From Gammaproteobacteria bacterium (GTDB lineage: Bacteria > Pseudomonadota > Gammaproteobacteria > Eutrophobiales > Eutrophobiaceae): a DNA stretch of 64,000 bases. Under the pieces are notes generated by a model. That model saw nothing but the letters and a program-made list of their open reading frames with translations, had not been told where the DNA came from and made no database searches. The stretch covers positions 896,001 through 960,000 of the forward strand of contig OZ220696.1 of NCBI GenBank assembly GCA_965116495.1, read 5' to 3'. Positions 56,699 through 64,000 of the stretch are shown piece after piece; the stretch's first letter is position 1; every line of letters starts with the position of its first letter. Made by a program: the position numbers and the translations under genes.

Positions 56699-58090
56699 AT
56701 GCACAAACTCATCATTCAATCACTACGTGACAACGTTCGCGGCCCGGTGTTATGTCCGGGTGACGCGGGTTACGACGAAACACGGGTCCTGCACAACGGC
56801 ATGATCGACAAGCGTCCGGCGGCAATCGTGCGCTGCACGGGTGTTGCCGACATACGTTATTGCGTCAATGCGGCCCGTGAAAACGACCTGTTGCCGGCCG
56901 TACGCGGCGGCGGTCACGGGGTGGCAGGCAACGCCAGTTGCGATGATGGTTTGATGATCGACCTGTCGCTGATGCGCGGCGTACGGGTCGATGCCGGGCA
57001 GCACATTGCCTGGGTCAGCGGTGGTGCGACGCTGGGCGACATCGACCACGAAACCCAGCCGTTCGGCCTGGTCGCACCGGCCGGCGTGGTGTCCGAAACA
57101 GGCATTGCGGGTCTCGCGCTCGGCGGCGGATTCGGCTGGGTGCGCGGCAAGTACGGGATGACTGTCGATAACATTCTCGGCGTCGACATAGTCACTGCCG
57201 ACGGCGAGTTGCGCCATGCAAGCGTGTCGGAGAACCCGGACCTGTTCTGGGCGGTGCGCGGGGGTGGCGGCAATTTCGGCATCGTCACGAGCTTCGAATT
57301 CCGCCTGCACCCGCTGGGACCCATCGTCATGCACTGCGCGCCGGTGTACGCCGGAACGCAGGCGCGCGACATCCTTCAGGGTTGGCGGGAATTCATGCAC
57401 ACGGCGCCGGATGAGTTTACGACCGAATTCTTTTTCTGGACCATCCCGGATCACGACACCTTCCCGCCGGACCTGCGCGGCGAGGACGTCGTCATCCCCG
57501 CCGGGGTCTACGCCGGACCGGCTCATGAAGGTGAGCGATACGTACAACCATTGCGGGAACTCGCCACACCGCTCATCGATCTCAGTGGCCAGCGGCCTTT
57601 CACGGCCGTGCAGCAGATGTTCGACGTGTACCTGCCGAAAGGCGAGTTGCTGAATTACTGGAAATCGCTATACCTGGATCGTATGACGGACGATGTGTTC
57701 GATGCACTGATTACGGTCTTCAACGAACGCCCCGCCAGACGCACACCGTTCGTACTGCATGACCTGCGCGGCGCCAGCGCCCGGGTTGACGCCAACGCTA
57801 CCGCATTCGGCAGTCGCGCCATGCCGTACCTTATGGAATTCAACTCATCGTGGACAGACCCCGGTGACACGGACGCCAACATCGCCTGGACCCGCAAGGT
57901 GTGGGACGATATGGCGACCCGATTCTCGTCCGGTCACGGCGGCTACCTCAACATGACTTCCTACAACGAACACGGCGAGGGGCTGGTTAAGGAGACTTAT
58001 GGTGTGAATTACCCGCGGCTGCGTGAGGTCAAGCGGCAGTACGACCCCGGCAATTTGTTCAGGTTGAACGCCAATATACTGCCGGGTTAG
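56699..58090 (+). CDS. FAD-linked oxidase (berberine bridge enzyme-like)
   Basis: VRGGGH, GLALGGGFG, DLFWAVRGGGGNFGIVT, YLN...YPRLREVKRQYDPGNLF. Confidence 0.93.
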   Translation: MHKLIIQSLRDNVRGPVLCPGDAGYDETRVLHNGMIDKRPAAIVRCTGVADIRYCVNAARENDLLPAVRGGGHGVAGNASCDDGLMIDLSLMRGVRVDAGQHIAWVSGGATLGDIDHETQPFGLVAPAGVVSETGIAGLALGGGFGWVRGKYGMTVDNILGVDIVTADGELRHASVSENPDLFWAVRGGGGNFGIVTSFEFRLHPLGPIVMHCAPVYAGTQARDILQGWREFMHTAPDEFTTEFFFWTIPDHDTFPPDLRGEDVVIPAGVYAGPAHEGERYVQPLRELATPLIDLSGQRPFTAVQQMFDVYLPKGELLNYWKSLYLDRMTDDVFDALITVFNERPARRTPFVLHDLRGASARVDANATAFGSRAMPYLMEFNSSWTDPGDTDANIAWTRKVWDDMATRFSSGHGGYLNMTSYNEHGEGLVKETYGVNYPRLREVKRQYDPGNLFRLNANILPG

Positions 58091-58096
58091 TGTCTT

Positions 58097-59365
58097 TCAA
58101 TGATCTGTCTTTTTGTAAGGCGGTAGCAATAGAGTTGTAACAGCCGATATTATGATCACAATGGCGGCTGCCACCAGTATTTCCCGGTAAGAACCATACG
58201 TCTCATAAGCCAGGCCGAACAGGTAAGGGCCGAGTGAGGTACCGATAAGGAAGGAAGCAAACAGGATACCGTAGATCTTACCGAAATTAGCCACCCCGAA
58301 GTAGCGGCTGGTGAGGTAAGCCAGCACGTCTATCTCCGCGCCCATACTCAACCCGATGCAAAGCGCGGCCAGGAAAGCCGGTGTGCCGGCTGCGCCGGCT
58401 GCTAGGATGCCCACACCGCAGGCGCTGATCATAAAGCAGACAAAGGCGACCCGGGTGGCGCTGAACAGGTCTATCAGGTAACCGACGAAAATACGCGAAA
58501 CCACGATGGCTATACCCAAGGTGGACTGGACCAGTGCCGCCTCGCCCGTCGTCATGCCGCGGTCCGTCATCATCGGGACCATATGCGATAACACGCCGTA
58601 AAGGCCGAAAGATAACAAGCTGAATATCAGGAAAAGTTGCCACAACAGTCGTGATTTAAGTACGGGCAGCAGGTTCAACGTTGTTTTTTCAGCGTTCCCG
58701 GTTGCTACGGCGTCCTTATCAGGTGATACAGCTTTGCCATGTCCCGACGGTGCGTCACGCAGAAAAAAATAGACCAGCGGCACGGCTACTGTCACTGCGA
58801 CTATCGCCAGACATAAATAACCGGCCCGCCAACCGTAACTGTCGATGACATACTGCGCCAGTGGAGGTACATAGGCATAACCCATCCCGCTCCCCCCCAT
58901 GGCAATCCCGATTGCCAGTCCCCGCCGGCTGTCGAACCAGGTTGTAATGGTGCGCAAATAGGGCAGCGCATTCGCGCCGGCCCCCAAACAACCAATCAAA
59001 ATATAGATAACAAGTAATTCCCACAGGTTATCGACAAACAGGGCCGGCGTGGCGAGCAAGACAGCAAAGAGCAGGATGGAAGGTAATAACACCCGTCTAC
59101 TGCCAAAGCGATCGACCAGTTGACCAATGATGGGGATGCAGAGCGCCAGTGAAATGGTGGAGTAAGTCGCTGCAAGACTGATTTGAGCGCGATCCCAGCC
59201 GAACTCTTCCCCCAACGGCTTGATGAACAGACCAAGGGCGCCGAACGCAAACTGGCCGGGTCCGGTGGACATGGCGACCGCGGCAATCGCCACGATCCAC
59301 CAGCCGCGGTAGGTAATGTGATTTTCCCCGGCCAATCCCTGCCGATGTGTGGCGATATTTCTCAT
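58097..59365 (-). CDS. MFS transporter (OFA/MCT-like)
   Basis: GWWIV, EFGWDRAQIS, GQLVDRFGSRR, WFDSRRGLAIGI, RYFG..NFGKIYG. Confidence 0.9.
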   Translation of the reverse strand: MRNIATHRQGLAGENHITYRGWWIVAIAAVAMSTGPGQFAFGALGLFIKPLGEEFGWDRAQISLAATYSTISLALCIPIIGQLVDRFGSRRVLLPSILLFAVLLATPALFVDNLWELLVIYILIGCLGAGANALPYLRTITTWFDSRRGLAIGIAMGGSGMGYAYVPPLAQYVIDSYGWRAGYLCLAIVAVTVAVPLVYFFLRDAPSGHGKAVSPDKDAVATGNAEKTTLNLLPVLKSRLLWQLFLIFSLLSFGLYGVLSHMVPMMTDRGMTTGEAALVQSTLGIAIVVSRIFVGYLIDLFSATRVAFVCFMISACGVGILAAGAAGTPAFLAALCIGLSMGAEIDVLAYLTSRYFGVANFGKIYGILFASFLIGTSLGPYLFGLAYETYGSYREILVAAAIVIIISAVTTLLLPPYKKTDH

Positions 59366-59530
59366 TGGTCTTATACTGTGGGATAAATATAGTGAGATTA
59401 GACAGCTTTACTGTCTATGTTTACTCTATCAGAGTATCGGGTAAAAACATGAAGTATAACTATGATAAAGAACATATCACGTACCCATCTTGTCTTTTAC
59501 CGCTAAACACACACAACCGAGGACGCGAGC

Positions 59531-60685
59531 ATGAACATTGAAACGCTGTTGATCCATGCAGGAGAAGAAGACAAAAAATATGCCGGGGCGGTTGTGCTTC
59601 CCATATTTCAGAGTGCCACATTTGCATATGGCGGTGAAGACAACTACCACGATCAAAAGTATATCCGGCTGAACAACACCCCCAGTCACAAGGTGGTTCA
59701 GGAGAAACTGGCACGGATTACCGGTGGTGAGGACGCCGTGGTCACTGCGTCGGGGATGGCTGCGATTACCACCGCACTGTTGACCGTATTAAAAAAAGGC
59801 GACCACCTGCTGGCACAGGATTGTCTCTATGGCGGCACACAATCCTTTTTGGCGCACACTATCGCTGACTTCGGGATTGATGTGGATTTTGTGCCGGCAA
59901 ACGAGCCGGGTGAATGGGAAAAACGGCTTCGGCCTGAGACGCGCGCAATCTATGTCGAGACCATGAGTAATCCCCTGCTGGAAGTTGCCGATCTCTCATC
60001 CGTTGTTGCGTTTGCCCGATCCCATCGCCTCGTTTCCATGGTCGACAATACCTTTGCCTCGCCGGTGAACTTCCGGCCCCTGGACATGGGCTTTGACCTG
60101 TCATTGCATAGTTGTACAAAGTATCTGAATGGACATTCGGATATTGTAGCCGGCTGTGTGATTGGCAAAAACGACCTGATCACTCGCATCACGCACCGTT
60201 TAAATCTTTTGGGTGGTTGCCTGGATCCGCACGCCTGTTTTCTGTTGCTGCGCGGCATGAAAACGCTGGCCTTGCGCGTGGAAAAGCAAAATGCAAACGC
60301 ACAGGCGTTGGCTTCTTTTCTGGAAGCTCACCCGGCCGTGGTGCGTGTGAATTACCCGGGCCTGCCCGGCCATCCGCAACACAGCCGGGCAAAAATGCTC
60401 TTTAACGGGTGTGGCGGGGTGTTGAGTTTCGAGTTGGCGGGCGATTACCGCGTGGCTGATGGAGTGATATCAAGATTAAAATTGCCGACCCCTGCGCCAA
60501 GTCTGGGCGGCGTCGAGACATTGATCACCCGGCCCGTGCAAACGTCACATGCAGAGATGAGTGCCGAAGAACTGGAAGCAGCGGGGATATCAGCGCGATT
60601 GATTCGCCTGGCGGTAGGCATTGAATCAGCAGCGGATCTATGCGCGGATTTTGAGCAGGCAATGCAGGGCGTTCAGGCTGAATGA
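59531..60685 (+). CDS. Cys/Met metabolism PLP enzyme (cystathionine gamma-synthase/lyase family)
   Basis: SGMAAI, YGGT, ETMSNP, VDNTFASP, HSCTKYLNGHSD, SLGGVETL. Confidence 0.93.
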   Translation: MNIETLLIHAGEEDKKYAGAVVLPIFQSATFAYGGEDNYHDQKYIRLNNTPSHKVVQEKLARITGGEDAVVTASGMAAITTALLTVLKKGDHLLAQDCLYGGTQSFLAHTIADFGIDVDFVPANEPGEWEKRLRPETRAIYVETMSNPLLEVADLSSVVAFARSHRLVSMVDNTFASPVNFRPLDMGFDLSLHSCTKYLNGHSDIVAGCVIGKNDLITRITHRLNLLGGCLDPHACFLLLRGMKTLALRVEKQNANAQALASFLEAHPAVVRVNYPGLPGHPQHSRAKMLFNGCGGVLSFELAGDYRVADGVISRLKLPTPAPSLGGVETLITRPVQTSHAEMSAEELEAAGISARLIRLAVGIESAADLCADFEQAMQGVQAE

Positions 60686-60765
60686 CTGAAAAGCTGTTTC
60701 ATGACATGGATGGACAAGATAAACAGGATGTTTGAGATTCTTTATGGCAGCCGGACTTCAGGACC

Positions 60766-62097
60766 ATGAAGGATAACGATACGGATTATATCCGCTCCCT
60801 GGTGCGCCCTGATTGCGTCCACAGGGATGTATATATCGATCCGGAAATTTTCACTCTGGAAGTAAAACGTATCTTTGCCCGTTCCTGGAACTACCTTTGC
60901 CATGAGAGCCAGATAAGGCATCCCGGTGATTACCTGACCGGTGATATCGCCGGTAATCCTTTTATCGTAATCCGTCATGAGGATAATTCCATCAGGGTAT
61001 TGCATAACCGTTGCGCCCATCGCGGCGCGAAACTGCTGGAAAACGGACAAGGCAATGCAGCAGTCATAAGCTGCAGTTATCATGGCTGGTGCTATAAGAC
61101 GAACGGCAAGTTGCTGTCCGTCCCCTGCCGGGAGAATTACCAGGATACGGAAATTGGCAATAACCTGGCAAATTACGGCCTGTCGGAAATCAGGACAGGC
61201 AGCTATCGCGGCTTCATTTTTGCCAACCTGGACGGTAACGCTCCCGATCTGACCGGATACCTGGGTAGCTCCCGGCGCGCGCTGGACAACATGGTTGACC
61301 GTTCCCCGGAAGGAAAACTGGAAGCTTTGGGAAGTTCGTTCCGCGCCATCTACCGCAACAACTGGAAGATTTACCTGGAAAACCTCCATGACGGCATGCA
61401 CCCGTTGCACGTGCACCAGTCTTCTATTGCGGCAAGTCGGGAGCAAATCGGCAAGATTGAAAAAAACTCAGCCGGCACACCTCCCCTCGCCCTGCAACTG
61501 GTACAGGCAAACGCACAGAGTTACCGGCAGATGGAGGAACTGGAGGTCACCTGTTACGAACACGGACACAGTGATATGCGCGGGTTTCGCAATCCCGATA
61601 ATGACGCTGATCCGGTCTACCGGGAATACGTCAACCGGCATCAGCGACAGTACGGAGAAGAAAAGTCCGGAGAAATCCTGAATACGAACCTGCACAATGT
61701 GAATTTCTATCCCAACGCCTCGGCACACCCGCGTTTTCTGCAGATGCGCGTGATAACACCGATTTCAGTGGATAGAACAGCCATCGAAATTTACGTTTTC
61801 CGTTGGAAAGGAGCGCCGGAAGAGATCAACCGGAGAAATGTCATTTACGCCAATACCATCCACTCCCCTTCCTCGCTGATCAAGCCCGACGATCTCGAGA
61901 CCTACCGCCGGGTACAGGAAGGGCTGCATTCATCCGGCAGGGAGTGGATAAGCCAGCACAGCCTGTTTGACCCGGGCTCGGATGATATATCACCCCAATC
62001 CGCACTGAGCGAACAGTACATTCGAAACCAGTATCGAGCCTGGCTGGCATACATGTGCAACCCGAATATTGCCCCGAAGGCAGGCACAGAAGCGTGA
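60766..62097 (+). CDS. Rieske ring-hydroxylating oxygenase alpha subunit
   Basis: NRCAHRG...CSYHGW; NWK...EN.HDGMH..HVH; PDDLE. Confidence 0.93.
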   Translation: MKDNDTDYIRSLVRPDCVHRDVYIDPEIFTLEVKRIFARSWNYLCHESQIRHPGDYLTGDIAGNPFIVIRHEDNSIRVLHNRCAHRGAKLLENGQGNAAVISCSYHGWCYKTNGKLLSVPCRENYQDTEIGNNLANYGLSEIRTGSYRGFIFANLDGNAPDLTGYLGSSRRALDNMVDRSPEGKLEALGSSFRAIYRNNWKIYLENLHDGMHPLHVHQSSIAASREQIGKIEKNSAGTPPLALQLVQANAQSYRQMEELEVTCYEHGHSDMRGFRNPDNDADPVYREYVNRHQRQYGEEKSGEILNTNLHNVNFYPNASAHPRFLQMRVITPISVDRTAIEIYVFRWKGAPEEINRRNVIYANTIHSPSSLIKPDDLETYRRVQEGLHSSGREWISQHSLFDPGSDDISPQSALSEQYIRNQYRAWLAYMCNPNIAPKAGTEA

Positions 62098-62131
62098 TGA
62101 ATCCGGATTATTTTACCCGGACCGATAAATC

Positions 62132-62650
62132 GTGACTGTTTTTGCCGACAAGACAAACTCAACCGGGCTGACGGATGACGATCGGGAAGCAATCGAATTA
62201 TTGCTCTACCGGGAAACGGAATATCTTGACCAGGCCCGTTACGAGGAGTGGCTGGGATTGTTCACCGATGATTGCAGATACTGGGTCCCGGCAAGGAAGG
62301 GGCAAACGGATCCTGTCGATGACATTTCCCTGTTCTATGAAGACCGCGACCTTATGGAAATGCGCATAAGCCGAATTCAGCATCCGCGGGCACATTCTCT
62401 CGATAATCCGGTTACGACAAGCCATGTTACCGGGGATAAACTGGTCGAGGACATCAGCGCCGATACGGGTGAGATAATCATCACCACCCGGTTCCAGATG
62501 GTCGAACACCAGCGCGGTGAACAACGCCTGTTTGCCGGCGCATACCGTTACCACCTGCGCCGGGACAACGGGGGGTTTAAAATCAGCCTCAAACGGGTAG
62601 ATTTAATAAACTGTGAGGATTACTTCGAACCCCTGCAGGTCTTTATATAG
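62132..62650 (+). CDS. Ring-hydroxylating oxygenase beta subunit
   Basis: LLYRETEYLD...EEWL.LF..D..YWVP; KRVDLIN. Confidence 0.9.
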   Translation: MTVFADKTNSTGLTDDDREAIELLLYRETEYLDQARYEEWLGLFTDDCRYWVPARKGQTDPVDDISLFYEDRDLMEMRISRIQHPRAHSLDNPVTTSHVTGDKLVEDISADTGEIIITTRFQMVEHQRGEQRLFAGAYRYHLRRDNGGFKISLKRVDLINCEDYFEPLQVFI

Positions 62651-62701
62651 GAAAGCAGGTAATCCCATCTCTTACACCAGAGCATACGAGGTAGAAACAA
62701 A

Positions 62702-63337
62702 ATGTTTCCGCAATTATCACCCAAAAATACAGCCCTGCTCATCATAGACATGAGCCTGGATTTTTTACAGGTCGGCGCGCCTTTTGAAACTGTAGAAGGA
62801 CGGGATATGCTGCCCAACCTGATCCGGTTTACCCGGCATTGCCGTGAGGTGAAACTGCCGGTCATTTATTTGAACCATGTCCATTACCCGGGCGCCAACG
62901 ACAAGGGCACCCTGGCAGACCGTTTTCCTGTTATCCGGGACGGGAAGGCCGTGCGTGCAGGTACGGAGGGGGTCACTATCTGGCCGGATATCGCGCCCCA
63001 GGCCGGTGATATCGTGATCGAGAAGATCAGGCAATCCGGTTTCATGTACACCAGGCTGGATGCAATACTCAAGGAACTGAAAGTCGTCAATCTCCTGGTG
63101 TCAGGCGTTTCAAGCGGGGCCTGTGTTGAATCCACCGCCAGAGATGCGGTTTCACGGGACTATTTCGTCTACATGTTGAGTGACGTCACGGCTGCATCGG
63201 ATATCCCGGACCTCGGCTGGGGAGCAGTGAATTTCGATACCCTGCAACGGGTGTTTTTGACCAATTTTGCCTGCCACCTGGGGAAAGTCGCTTCGACAGA
63301 AGAGTTAATGACCGGGCCGCTTGCGAAAAGTCCGTAG
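62702..63337 (+). CDS. Isochorismatase-family cysteine hydrolase
   Basis: TALLIIDM..DF; IEK.R.SGF; CVESTARDA. Confidence 0.9.
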   Translation: MFPQLSPKNTALLIIDMSLDFLQVGAPFETVEGRDMLPNLIRFTRHCREVKLPVIYLNHVHYPGANDKGTLADRFPVIRDGKAVRAGTEGVTIWPDIAPQAGDIVIEKIRQSGFMYTRLDAILKELKVVNLLVSGVSSGACVESTARDAVSRDYFVYMLSDVTAASDIPDLGWGAVNFDTLQRVFLTNFACHLGKVASTEELMTGPLAKSP

Positions 63338-63344
63338 ATATTTG

Positions 63345-63588
63345 CACCTAACGGCAGGGTTGTAAGACCGCGCAGCACGATGCCGTAGCGGAATGCCGGA
63401 TGCTCCGTGGGCAAGCGCAGGGTCATCTGTACCGGCGAACGCTGCCGCAATTCCGCGTAGACCGGATACGGGCCCTGAGTTACCTTGTCCGAAAACGGGT
63501 TGTAGGTGACTCCGTACTGCCGGCGCTCGGGGATCAGCAGAGCATTGACCGCGAGGGATTTTATCGTTCGAGGTAGTGATAGGTTCAT
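63345..63588 (-). pseudogene. Cytochrome P450 remnant (N- and C-termini fused by deletion)
   Basis: YNPFS......PYPVYAELRQRSPV joined in frame to LRL...P......VLRGLTTLPL; no heme-Cys motif. Confidence 0.7.
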
Positions 63589-64000
63589 TAAAGCTCAAAC
63601 AGTGTGTAATTTGCCTTGTCTGATAGCTTGATAATCGTCTTGTCCAGAGTAGCCAAGGGGCAGGATTGTTTTAATGCCAACATAACATAAGAGGCGTCAT
63701 ACGCGGATACGCCATACCTGTAACAGAATTCATATAACCTCGCCGGTACTTCCTCGCCACGAATCACCAGGGATAATTCAAACAACCAGGTTAATTGGGT
63801 CTTGTACTGTTCGTATGCCATTTCATTTTGTTTGCTATAGCGCTGCACTACAAAAGCAGCTTCATAAACCCAGATGTATGGAACGATGATTTGCAGATTG
63901 TGTGAACCAATAGCGCTTAAAACCTGACGCGCATAGGATTGATCAGCTTCAGACCCGTCATGGAATAACCAGCGCATCATCACACTGTTATCAACCACGA
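63588..64000 (-). CDS. vapC: VapC/PIN-domain toxin (start just outside the window)
   Basis: VVDNSVMMRW, VPYIWVYE, SAYDASYVMLA, LATLD. Confidence 0.88.
   Translation of the reverse strand, partial: VVDNSVMMRWLFHDGSEADQSYARQVLSAIGSHNLQIIVPYIWVYEAAFVVQRYSKQNEMAYEQYKTQLTWLFELSLVIRGEEVPARLYEFCYRYGVSAYDASYVMLALKQSCPLATLDKTIIKLSDKANYTLFEL

Overview
This window looks like the replication-terminus region of a GC-rich proteobacterial chromosome, most likely Gammaproteobacteria. Calx-beta-rich giant surface proteins suggest a marine host-associated lifestyle, though that is inference. A near-canonical XerC/D dif site lies at 29131-29158, and both KOPS-like octamers and most gene orientations converge on it. 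The left arm carries a type III restriction Res gene (truncated by the window), a Fic protein and a broken vapBC pair. It also carries a secreted protein frameshifted in a G10 tract, a 1441-aa serralysin/RTX/Calx-beta protein, a TolC + PAS-fused adaptor + MacB-type ABC exporter, and a 3248-aa Calx-beta autotransporter. The two giant proteins share five copies of an unrecognised ~70-80 aa Trp-rich domain. The right arm is a catabolic region: TonB receptor, exported amidohydrolases, MFS transporters, the N-methylglutamate pathway (mgsABC-gmaS), an acetylene-hydratase-like molybdoenzyme with an aminotransferase, probable oxalyl-CoA genes and a Rieske oxygenase. About ten deletion-scar gene fragments, CGTC-type REPs, two REP-containing MITE-like elements and two copies of a 263-bp covarying structured element are scattered through the window. 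I saw no rRNA, tRNA, CRISPR array, transposase or integrase. All calls come from motif recognition by eye, not from database searches.
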